Shown one piece after another: positions 1 to 8,643 of a stretch of 64,000 bases of DNA. The stretch is from Myxococcota bacterium (lineage in GTDB: Bacteria > Myxococcota_A > SURF-8): contig OZ223209.1 of assembly GCA_965140415.1 (NCBI GenBank), positions 3,040,001 to 3,104,000 of the forward strand. Reading direction: 5' to 3'. The translations under genes were made by a program, and so were the position numbers. Numbering within the stretch: position 1 is the stretch's first letter; each line of letters starts with the position of its first letter. The notes under the pieces are model-generated. The model had not been told where the DNA came from. It worked only from the letters and a program-made list of their open reading frames with translations, and ran no database searches.

Positions 1-1271
1 AAACCGAGCCACCATGCGGTTTCTGGAAAATAAACCTGCTCGCGCTTGCCGTCTGCTGCTGTCATGAAATCCACTTGCTGGTGGAAGTTTTCACAAGAAT
101 AAACAGGAGCCGGATGTTCTAGGTCGTAAAACATCGTGGTATGAACATATGCGCCGATGCGTTCATCGGATTGCAAGGGGAGATGATAGTAGTAACCGCC
201 GTCATCGCTTTCCAAGTCGCAGGTTGTATGAATCCAGGTATACATGCGAACGCCGTTATAGTTGGTGTCGATGTATTCGGCAGTAAGATCAAGCCAGCTT
301 AGCATGTCCGCTTCATCCGGCTTTGTGAATTCACTGGAGCCGATCTGGAAACCGATGAAATCCATTCCTGTCGGTAAAATGAGATCCAGTTCATCGACGA
401 TCTGTTCTTCTGGGTCTTGCATCAAATCGGTGTCCGGGTCGAGCCTGTCTTCTCTTATAATCTTGTAGCCGTTCTGTTGCTGATCGACGTAGCTAACGAA
501 CATTCCGATGTGGATACCGTATTCATGAGCTTCATCGACGACATCGGTGATGTAGGGAATCCAGGCTTCCATATCGACCGTTTTCAGCATCATCCAGGAC
601 ATGACATTCTGACGGTTACGTGCAAGCCAGCGCATGTAATGCGATAAATACGTTCTAAAATCGTCATTTCCGGGCCGCAGAAGAAAATCGCTCAGTGGAA
701 TAGGATGCTGTGTATGTTCATGAAAACCACGTCGATCGAAGGAGGGCACATGCGTACTTCCGTCGTATGTCCAAGGTAGTGCGATTTCGGGATCAGATGG
801 AAAATAATTTTCTTCCGGATGAATGTAGCGTACTCCTAGATCGGAGATCAGGTGATAAAATCCGTACGCTGCACCGACTTCCGTATTGGCTGTAATCGTC
901 AATCCTGGCAGTCCAATCTCTCGCTTACTGATAGTGTAGCCTTGTTCGCCAAGATTCTCATTTTCTTCACTCAATATGATAATGTCAATTGCAGCCGAGG
1001 AGCTGGCATCATCAATTGATCCTTTAATGGGAGCGGTCTCGTTGCTCGCCCCCGAAATTTCCACGAAAGCCTGAATCAAATCATTGGCGGCATGTTTAAG
1101 ACCGATCCCGGAACTTTCTGGAATGATGACATCAATTTGCAGGTTGCCGGAGTTTACGACGAGCGGTGCACCTTGTTCATTTAGCAAAAGGTTATCTGAA
1201 TCCGAACAGCAGGTAAAAAGTGACAGGTTCAAGAGTGCCATGAGAATGATACCAAGAAAAGGACGTGTCAT
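1..1271 (-). CDS. Partial secreted/lipoprotein (runs off left edge) with a glycoside-hydrolase-like N-terminal domain (GH20/GH67/GH115-type) followed by a probable catalytic barrel
   Basis: Absent from ORF track because no stop lies in the window. Hand translation from ATG 1271 (GGAGA upstream) stays open to base 1: MTRPFLGIILMALLNLSLFTCCSDS..EQGYTI..LTITANTEVGAAYGFYHL..GVRYIHP..PSFDRRGFHEHTQHP. Confidence 0.75.
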   Translation of the reverse strand, partial: MTRPFLGIILMALLNLSLFTCCSDSDNLLLNEQGAPLVVNSGNLQIDVIIPESSGIGLKHAANDLIQAFVEISGASNETAPIKGSIDDASSSAAIDIIILSEENENLGEQGYTISKREIGLPGLTITANTEVGAAYGFYHLISDLGVRYIHPEENYFPSDPEIALPWTYDGSTHVPSFDRRGFHEHTQHPIPLSDFLLRPGNDDFRTYLSHYMRWLARNRQNVMSWMMLKTVDMEAWIPYITDVVDEAHEYGIHIGMFVSYVDQQQNGYKIIREDRLDPDTDLMQDPEEQIVDELDLILPTGMDFIGFQIGSSEFTKPDEADMLSWLDLTAEYIDTNYNGVRMYTWIHTTCDLESDDGGYYYHLPLQSDERIGAYVHTTMFYDLEHPAPVYSCENFHQQVDFMTAADGKREQVYFPETAWWLG

Positions 1272-1336
1272 TGCTTGTCTCCATATCTGAAGAAGTGGAC
1301 TTGAGCACTTATAATATCTTTTTGCAGAAATTAAGC

Positions 1337-1370
1337 AAAAAAATCGCCCCGACCCATATGGGCCGGGGCG
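1337..1370 (-). terminator. Rho-independent terminator after the 724-aa lipoprotein gene
   Basis: Minus strand CGCCCCGGCCCATATGGGTCGGGGCG hairpin followed by ATTTTTTT. Confidence 0.85.
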
Positions 1371-1402
1371 CGTGATTACCGAAGTGGCAATCGTCCGAGT
1401 TT

Positions 1403-3577
1403 TTACTCGTTCGGCAGGTAGTGCATGCTGAAGGACGAAATGAAGTCGTTCATCATGTTCAGGTTGGTGCCGTTGAACTCGAACAGGTCTTCGTAGGTGA
1501 TGCTGTCGCCAAGCATAATCGCCTGGGCCAGGTTGATGTCACCCAGAGTCGCCGTACGTTCTTCCAGGCCGGTGGGCTGGTCGAAAGAGAAACCATTGGC
1601 AGTCGGGCCCCAGTAAATGTGCCAGAACTTGCCAGCGGTGTCGCTGTCCATGCTCAGAACCACACGGTGGAAGCTCGCACCGCTGACCGGAGTAGCGGTC
1701 ATGCTGTGAGCGGAGTTCTCATAGCTGTAAGCCGCATCGCTCATGAAGCCCGGGAAGCTGGGGACGGTGACCGAAGTCGGGGCAGCGTCCACGCTACGGT
1801 TGATGGCGCCAGCGAGGTCGATGCTGCTGGTGTCTTCCATCAGGCCGGCGAGGTTCAGGCCGATGCTGATGGTGTAGTACGGGAAGGAAGACAGACCGCT
1901 ATGCTGCGGAGCATAAGGCATGGTCACGTCATTGATTTTGCCGTCAGCGGTGTCCTGCGGAGTTTCCGCATCCAAGCCTGCGGTCAGACCCAACGGAACA
2001 AAGCCAACACCGGTCTGCATCGCGCCGATCAGCGAGATGACGCTGTCGATGCCGCTGGTCAGGGTCGGGTATTTGACGGTGGCTTCTTTGGTCTGCTTCT
2101 GAGACAGCAGGAAGTCGCCGATGTCTTCGAACTGATCGAAGTTCAGGTCAGCCGGTTTGGCGACGTTCACGAGATCGTAACCAGGTTCGATACCATGATA
2201 GAAGTTGCCGAACAGCGGCAGCAGCGCGCCGAGGATCGGGCCGATGTTGATTTCGTCGCCCAGGTTCTGGGTGACAACGGTGATCAGTTCCTGCAAGTCA
2301 GCATAGCCGCCCAAGCCCCACAACGTGGCTTTGCCTTCCATGCCCTGAGCTTTGAAGCCTTCGACGACCGGGTCGCCCATCAGGTACAGTTCCACACCGG
2401 TGGGCAGGTCGATGGTGTCATCAAACACAGCGCCGATAGCGATGTGAGTCGGAACCATTTCGCCGATAAGGGATTCGAAGTTCAAGTCGGCCAAGGAACC
2501 GGGAATCGAGAACATGCTGATGCCCAAGCGGACGTCGCCTTCCATGATTTCAGGAATGGCACTGGCGTCTTGCTGACCCTTGACACCGGCCCATTTGGTT
2601 TTGTCGGTGTTTTTCGCCAGCGGCACATAGAAGTCGCTGATGGCGAGACCGAAGGCACTGACGAAGGTGTAATCGTCGTGGAACACGTGCATGTCGCAAC
2701 CGGTGGAGCAATCAACATTCGCGAATTCCGCCACACCGTCGGTGGTGGTGGCTTCGTTGGCAGCGCGGGTGCCGTCAACCAGGATGACGCGAGCGCCGGT
2801 AACCATCTCGCCGCTGGTCTGATCAAACACGATCACGCGGGAGCTGCCGGAGGTAACATTGTTGAAGTTGATGTAGGTAACGGTAGCGACCGGGCTGTTC
2901 GCATCACAGGTCAGCTTAGCAGTGATGGTCGCGGTACCCGCAGTGCCGCCACCAGTGATGGTGCCGTCAGCGGCTACGTCGACGATGCTGGAATCGTCGG
3001 TGGCCCAGGTGAAGGCTCCGTCGCCAGCGGTAAGTTCCAACTTGGCGCCGTTTGTGTTCAGCAGGGTAGCGGACAGATCCAGGCTTTCGCCTTCACGGAT
3101 TACGCCACTGCCTTCGTTGATTACCAGGCTTTCGCCGTCCGGGCAGGCGAGAACTTCGGTGCAGACACCGGCCAGACACGCGGTACCGGTCGGGCAGTCA
3201 GCATTTTTGTCACAGGGAGCCAGGTAACACAGGTAGTCATCCATGTCGCAAATGGCGCCAGCAGATTCCAATAGGGTGACACACTCACCGTCGGTTTCAC
3301 ATTCTTGCTCGGTACAAATCAGGGTGTCGTTGTGGCAGGAAGCGCCATCGGGGCAATCCGCATTGGTTTCACAACCGTCGCCGATCGCAGGACCGGTGGC
3401 ATCGCCATCAGTGGCATCGCCGTCGGTGGTGTCGCCATCGGTGTCGCCGTCGACGTTGCTGTCGCCGTCGGGATTCGTGTCGCCATCAACCGGATCTTCA
3501 TCGCTGCCGCCGCAACCGGCGATAACGACGAACATGGCGAGCATCAATAGCAATGCAAGCAAACTTTTCTTCGTCAT
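1403..3577 (-). CDS. Surface lipoprotein: DGD-repeat tether, Cys-rich modules, Ig-like (Big_2) domain, large C-terminal domain of unknown function
   Basis: Lipobox VIAG-C; DGDxx repeats; CxxxxDC modules; Big_2-like TWATDDSSIVDVAADGTITG; GGAGGAG RBS. Confidence 0.85.
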   Translation of the reverse strand: MTKKSLLALLLMLAMFVVIAGCGGSDEDPVDGDTNPDGDSNVDGDTDGDTTDGDATDGDATGPAIGDGCETNADCPDGASCHNDTLICTEQECETDGECVTLLESAGAICDMDDYLCYLAPCDKNADCPTGTACLAGVCTEVLACPDGESLVINEGSGVIREGESLDLSATLLNTNGAKLELTAGDGAFTWATDDSSIVDVAADGTITGGGTAGTATITAKLTCDANSPVATVTYINFNNVTSGSSRVIVFDQTSGEMVTGARVILVDGTRAANEATTTDGVAEFANVDCSTGCDMHVFHDDYTFVSAFGLAISDFYVPLAKNTDKTKWAGVKGQQDASAIPEIMEGDVRLGISMFSIPGSLADLNFESLIGEMVPTHIAIGAVFDDTIDLPTGVELYLMGDPVVEGFKAQGMEGKATLWGLGGYADLQELITVVTQNLGDEINIGPILGALLPLFGNFYHGIEPGYDLVNVAKPADLNFDQFEDIGDFLLSQKQTKEATVKYPTLTSGIDSVISLIGAMQTGVGFVPLGLTAGLDAETPQDTADGKINDVTMPYAPQHSGLSSFPYYTISIGLNLAGLMEDTSSIDLAGAINRSVDAAPTSVTVPSFPGFMSDAAYSYENSAHSMTATPVSGASFHRVVLSMDSDTAGKFWHIYWGPTANGFSFDQPTGLEERTATLGDINLAQAIMLGDSITYEDLFEFNGTNLNMMNDFISSFSMHYLPNE

Positions 3578-3829
3578 TGTCCAACTCCTCCTTTGTTAAC
3601 GTTACGTGCGAGTATTGAGAGTATAATATATACTCTATCTCGCCTTCCCAAAATCGTCTCCCATCTACTTAATTTCTCTAATAGTTGTATCTATAGTTCT
3701 CATTCGAGTCACTTGTCAATACTGCAAAACAGCATTTCTGTCAAGCCATTCGCGAACTTTCACAACACAAAAAATAGTTTTTTACACTTTCTCAAACATT
3801 CCTCCTTTCCGAGCGAGAGAGTGTGTACC

Positions 3830-6115
3830 TCAACGTTGTGTTAAGAAGAAGCGCGAATATCTGGCCACTTTCCGGTCTAATTGGGAGAGTGGCACCCTGT
3901 TGAATGTTGCTATCGAGTCCAAAGTTTGATCTTCAATCAAATCAATGGCCGTAATTTCAAACTCATTCGAGAGCGGATCGTCTTCCGGGGGAATGGGGAG
4001 TTTTGCCTGTGTATGATCTTTATTAAGGAATACTTCCCAGCGACGTCCGTCTGTCTTAAAGCATAGGCGGTGTAAATCCGCCTCTTGATCGTTTGGATAA
4101 ATCTGCAACTGGCGCGTATCGGTGTCGGCGTATGCAAGATGCACGAATTGAAGAAAATCACCTGATTCCGCATCCGAAGGCGATTCGGTAAAACGCTGAA
4201 TGATGGCGGAATAGGACATCATGGAAAGATCCCTCTCGATGAAACGCGAGAAGGGGAGCGCGTAGGTGACCACGATATATTCATCAGGAGTCAATGGACC
4301 ATAATAAGGCGCGAAATACGTGTTCAACTCTCCACCGCTGCCGACAGAGGGCTTATCAAGCGCAGCGTCGGTTTCAACGACGCGCATTCCGATTCCCATG
4401 GGAACGAACTGGGCACCACCTGCACGTACGCCAACCATGGAAAAAAGACCATTAAGGATATGCTGTTGTAACATCGGCAATGTGCCGGTTTGCAACGTAA
4501 GCTTTTGAGATAAGGGTTGTTCCAGAGAGAGCGGCGCTTCCAAATCCTGATACTTCTCATAATTAGGCACGAGATCCCCGGTGTCGCCGTTGCCGTTTAA
4601 ATCACTTCGGTTATTGGGATAAGTGGTTTGATTTCCATCATCTATAACCATGGCCGTTTCGATGATTTCCGGAGTATCTTGAACACCGTGGTAATAACGG
4701 GCAGATTGTGACAGCGAAGTAAGCAGAAATGCCATGACATCCGACCAGCCCTGATCCATGCGTTCAATGATGGATGTAACGAGGTCGCTTTCGCTGATAA
4801 AGCCTCCCAGACTCCAGGACATCAAACTGTTCGGTTCACTATCCACGTAATAGGGATCCAACGTGTTGGATTTAAAAGGATTTAAAGAAACATTCGATGG
4901 AAACGGAATTTCGCTGTGGAAGGGACCGGAAAACGGCACTTGTGTCATTACGAAATTCGAGAAGATCGCTCCCAGATGCATATCGAGTAAACTGCGCGTA
5001 TAGGACATCCCTGAAATGCCAAAGCGAAGATCCCGGTGCAGAATATCTGGGATCTGGGTAAAGTCGATCACAGCTTTCACACCGGATGCGGCATGCTGGT
5101 CGGTATAGGCTTCAAGCGGAATCAGGAAATCCTTACTTTCATCGGAGTCTTTTTCGGAATCCGATTCGAGTCCAATCAGGCTGACATAGTGGTAATCGCT
5201 ATGAAATACATGGATGTCATAGGGCGGCTCTACGTCTTCGAAGTACGACACCCCCTTTGTCGTATCGACAGGGGTTCTCATCGAATGACCATTGACGATA
5301 ACCAGAGCATCTCCAACTAAGGACCAGTCGTTCTTGTCTGCAACAATGACGCGCAGGCCACTATCCTGTTTGGACAGGTTTTGCACGGTAATCGTAGCAG
5401 ACAGGTTAATGCTTGGGCAGTCGCCCTCTAAAAACTCAACCTTGGCAACAAGTGTCGTCGTCCCTGTACGGACGCTGCCGTACACTTTGCATTCTTCATC
5501 ATCAACCGTAGCCACTTCAGTAGAAAGCGATTGCCATCGAATTCGATATTGACCGATATTGGGCACCACCGTGCCATTCACATCGAGGATATGAGTGCTT
5601 AAAGGCTGTCCGATTCCACTGTAGAGAATCGGAAAAATAGGATCTATCAAGATATCTGAAATTTCGGAACATTCAGGAAGGGGAGTGCAATAGCCTCCCG
5701 TACAGTAGCTTGTTCCTTTGCAATCCGAATTCGAATTACAGGCAATTGGAAGACAAAGTCTGTTTTGCTCACAATAGCGAGCCCCACTGTAGGCATCGCT
5801 GCAAGTTTCATCGCTATCGCACTCTTCTAAGCGGCACGAGAAAAACATGGGATCGCAGGCCAAGCCATCAGGGCAATCTTCATCATCGGAGCAGGACTGC
5901 GCAACGTCACTTTCACCAGCATCCACATCGCCGTCTGATAATGGCGAGTCCTGATCTGCACCCTGATCCGGCAAGGAATCGTCACCATTCGGGGAAGATG
6001 CCGAACTGCCGCCGTCTCCACAGCTACTCATCGCCGTGACCGCAAATAGCAACAGCAACAACGTTAGAAGCAGTCCCATTGTTGATGGTGTTTTATGTGA
6101 AAATCTGAAACTCAT
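3830..6115 (-). CDS. Surface lipoprotein, tandem paralog of 1403..3577 (start 6115 or 6079)
   Basis: Lipobox AMSS-C; same domain order; shared blocks DIHVFHSDY/DMHVFHDDY, WSLGGF/WGLGGY, FVPMGI/FVPLGL. Confidence 0.8.
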   Translation of the reverse strand: MSFRFSHKTPSTMGLLLTLLLLLFAVTAMSSCGDGGSSASSPNGDDSLPDQGADQDSPLSDGDVDAGESDVAQSCSDDEDCPDGLACDPMFFSCRLEECDSDETCSDAYSGARYCEQNRLCLPIACNSNSDCKGTSYCTGGYCTPLPECSEISDILIDPIFPILYSGIGQPLSTHILDVNGTVVPNIGQYRIRWQSLSTEVATVDDEECKVYGSVRTGTTTLVAKVEFLEGDCPSINLSATITVQNLSKQDSGLRVIVADKNDWSLVGDALVIVNGHSMRTPVDTTKGVSYFEDVEPPYDIHVFHSDYHYVSLIGLESDSEKDSDESKDFLIPLEAYTDQHAASGVKAVIDFTQIPDILHRDLRFGISGMSYTRSLLDMHLGAIFSNFVMTQVPFSGPFHSEIPFPSNVSLNPFKSNTLDPYYVDSEPNSLMSWSLGGFISESDLVTSIIERMDQGWSDVMAFLLTSLSQSARYYHGVQDTPEIIETAMVIDDGNQTTYPNNRSDLNGNGDTGDLVPNYEKYQDLEAPLSLEQPLSQKLTLQTGTLPMLQQHILNGLFSMVGVRAGGAQFVPMGIGMRVVETDAALDKPSVGSGGELNTYFAPYYGPLTPDEYIVVTYALPFSRFIERDLSMMSYSAIIQRFTESPSDAESGDFLQFVHLAYADTDTRQLQIYPNDQEADLHRLCFKTDGRRWEVFLNKDHTQAKLPIPPEDDPLSNEFEITAIDLIEDQTLDSIATFNRVPLSQLDRKVARYSRFFLTQR

Positions 6116-6191
6116 GATGTTAATAACGATATCCCACCTTTTGCAAGGAAAGCGATGATTGGATAAGCGAGTCCAAAACTCGCCGTTTTGG

Positions 6192-6207
6192 TGCAAGAAA
6201 TATGCCT
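6192..6207 (-). promoter_or_regulatory. Putative sigma54 (-24/-12) promoter
   Basis: Minus strand AGGCATATTTCTTGCA: GG-N10-GC, ~80 bp upstream of ATG 6115. Confidence 0.5.
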
Positions 6208-6394
6208 TGCCTAAGAATTATATTCCAACTATTTGAAATCAGGAGGTTTCATGAAGTAATGCTCAATTCTGGAAATGTAGAAAAGCTGACAAATATGTCG
6301 GGGTGTAAATCGTTCGTGGCAGCTGAAGGCTTCCGCATTCGCCAATCAAATCCTAAAGCTATTGGCTTAAACTGGCAAAGACATACAGACTAGC

Positions 6395-6440
6395 AAAGAA
6401 AAACCGGAATCGTCATGCTAATTTAGCTAACGATTCCGGT
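6395..6440 (-). terminator. Terminator hairpin downstream of tRNA-His
   Basis: ACCGGAATCGT (6403-6413) / ACGATTCCGGT (6430-6440) inverted repeat, T-rich tail on minus strand. Confidence 0.7.
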
Positions 6441-6448
6441 GTGTTTCC

Positions 6449-6525
6449 TGGTACCACCGATGTGATTTGAACACATGACTTCCTGATCCACAATCAGGCG
6501 CTCTAACCAGCTGAGCTACGGCGGC
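6449..6525 (-). tRNA. tRNA-His (GUG), CCA encoded
   Basis: Cloverleaf GCCGCCG TAGCTCAGCTGGTTAGAGC G CCTGA TTGTGGA TCAGG AAGTC ATGTG TTCAAAT CACAT CGGTGGT A CCA. Confidence 0.95.
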
Positions 6526-6809
6526 CCGTAAAGTTTCGTTAGTTTAGAGATGCACCCGGTTTCTGTCAAGAAATTTCCGTACTCGAATTTGCATCTTGAT
6601 TTCGTTGATTGAATTCCGCTTTTGCACGTTCTCCCTAAGTAAAATAAAGAGTGAAAGATTGGTATGTATGAGAGCCCGATTGTCTAAAATTGTGTGCCGC
6701 CACCCCGGCGTACCTACACCGTGAGACATTAAAAAGTTATTGTTTTAAAAGACTTTCTGTTATACTACGTTACCCTATACCCAATTACTTATTTACGGGA
6801 GTGGAATTC

Positions 6810-7595
6810 ATGGCGGCGTTGCGAATAATCGAGGATCCTGAGTATAAGCAATATCACATCGAACTTTCTCGCTCGCTAAGCAAAGATGCGAAAATCGCCA
6901 TTATTCCCGGCGCACCGGAACGGGCGGAACTGATTGCTTCAAATCTGCAAAATCCGGTAAAAGTCGCTTCGCACCGTGGCTTGGATTCCTGGGTTGGGGA
7001 GCTAAAAGGACAGCCGGTGCTAGTGACAAATACCGGCATGGGTGGCCCAACGACCGAAATCGTGGTTCAGGAACTGATCCAGTTGGGAGTTACCACTTTC
7101 CTTCGTATCGGAACGACCGGCGCGATTCAGTCTCACATTCCAATCGGTTCCCTGATCGTCACCGAAGCCGCCATTCGACTTGACGGTTCTTCCGATCATT
7201 ACGCACCGCCCAATTACCCGGCAGCGGCGGATGTCGAACTGACAATGGCCTTACGCAACGCAGCGGAAAAAGAAAATGTAACCCATTTTTCCGGGATAAC
7301 CGTTTCTTCCGCCACATTCTATCCCGGGCAGGAACGCTATGATTCCGCGTCCGGTTACGTTCATAAGGCGTTTCAGAACTCGTTGGATGACTGGCGTTCG
7401 TTAGGTGCGTTGAACTACGAAATGGAATCCGGTACCTTGTTTACAATGTGTCGTACAATGGGGCTGCATGCCGGCTGTATCTGCGCGGTGGTGGCCAATC
7501 GGACACAATCGGAGCAGGTCCAACGCGACAAAATCCGGCGCGCAGAAGAAGATGCAACCCGCGTGGGACTGGCTGCGTTGGCAAACCTAATTTAA
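6810..7595 (+). CDS. udp: Uridine phosphorylase (PNP/UDP family)
   Basis: IIPGAPERA, TGMGGP, LRIGTTGAIQ, ATFYPGQERY, NYEMES motifs; start chosen at ATG 6810 after GGAG. Confidence 0.9.
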   Translation: MAALRIIEDPEYKQYHIELSRSLSKDAKIAIIPGAPERAELIASNLQNPVKVASHRGLDSWVGELKGQPVLVTNTGMGGPTTEIVVQELIQLGVTTFLRIGTTGAIQSHIPIGSLIVTEAAIRLDGSSDHYAPPNYPAAADVELTMALRNAAEKENVTHFSGITVSSATFYPGQERYDSASGYVHKAFQNSLDDWRSLGALNYEMESGTLFTMCRTMGLHAGCICAVVANRTQSEQVQRDKIRRAEEDATRVGLAALANLI

Positions 7596-7613
7596 TAGGG
7601 CGTGGAGAAGAGA

Positions 7614-8273
7614 ATGCATATCCGATTATTACTCTGGGGGCTGGCTGTCGTAATGGCCTTTTCCTGGACTGGATGTTCCAAGCTTGTCAAATTGAAAAAC
7701 AAGGATGTGGAAATCGAATTTCGCACACCTCAAGGATTCAAGGGGCGTGGGGTAGGTGAAGTTCACATCTTACGGGATCGAAGCGTTTTAACGAACGATC
7801 GCTACGTCGAATGCAAAGGTGAAGTGGCCCCTGAAAACTACGTGGAATTGATACGCCGGCTTAACAAAATGGGAATCATCTTCATGAAGAGCGATCCCAT
7901 CCAGTTCAAAGACAAAGACGCGGTTTTTTCGTTGCGGGTTGCCGAATACAAAGGGGAGGACATCCGGCGTACGAATACGGTTTACTGGGAAGTTCCGGAT
8001 AAAAGCTTCCAGGACATCCTGCTGCGCCTGCACTGGATTCGAAGAAAAGTCGTTTTGGGTGGAGAATGTTACGGAATCCTGGGAAACGGCGCGGAATGCA
8101 TGCATCATCATCAATGCCGCTCGGAGTGCTGCTATCCTGTTACGAAAACCAAGCAGATCTGCCAGATGAAAGAAGATTGCGCGGATCTCAATGCAAAGGT
8201 TCCCAGGCCCAAAGAAGAAGTTGGATCTGTAGATGTTCAGATCGGTCCAGATTCCGTTGCCGCCAAGCCATGA
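7614..8273 (+). CDS. Hypothetical lipoprotein with C-terminal Cys-rich module (start 7614 or GTG 7602)
   Basis: Lipobox WTG-C; CMHHHQCRSECC..C..C. Confidence 0.7.
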   Translation: MHIRLLLWGLAVVMAFSWTGCSKLVKLKNKDVEIEFRTPQGFKGRGVGEVHILRDRSVLTNDRYVECKGEVAPENYVELIRRLNKMGIIFMKSDPIQFKDKDAVFSLRVAEYKGEDIRRTNTVYWEVPDKSFQDILLRLHWIRRKVVLGGECYGILGNGAECMHHHQCRSECCYPVTKTKQICQMKEDCADLNAKVPRPKEEVGSVDVQIGPDSVAAKP

Positions 8274-8635
8274 ACCTGAACGCACAATACATTTTGCGAA
8301 ACGGTATTGCTTGTTTCGTTTGTTTGACTGCGTTCGCTATCGCTTTTGTAACTGTTGGCTGTGAACGAGAAAAGGCGGTTGAGTTCGAACCGAATGCCGT
8401 CTTTGTCGATTTCAGAATCACACCGGAGCAAGCCGCAACTGGCGTTCAGAAAGACGTTCGAGCACCAAACGGAACCGTGCTGACACTCATCGTGCCGAAA
8501 GGCGTGAAACATCTCACTCCGCTTAAACTGCCTCCACGAGCCGCGAAAAACTATGAATATCCATTGTACTTCCGCGTTCATGTCCTCAGAAAAGACGAGA
8601 AAATGCCTGATGATCCTCTTAATCGCAAGAAATAG
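8270..8635 (+). CDS. Small lipoprotein with a DnaJ C-terminal-domain-like segment
   Basis: ATGA overlap with upstream stop; lipobox VTVG-C; DFRITPEQAATGVQKDVRAPNGTVLTLIVPKGV. Confidence 0.65.
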   Translation: MNLNAQYILRNGIACFVCLTAFAIAFVTVGCEREKAVEFEPNAVFVDFRITPEQAATGVQKDVRAPNGTVLTLIVPKGVKHLTPLKLPPRAAKNYEYPLYFRVHVLRKDEKMPDDPLNRKK

Positions 8636-8643
8636 AGGTGGCT

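Noticed and set aside
1421-3274. 617-aa + strand ORF
   Set aside because: Antisense shadow of the codon-biased 724-aa lipoprotein gene; no motifs
6449-6470. tRNA-His 3' end as an island attachment site
   Set aside because: No second copy noticed and no integrase in the window
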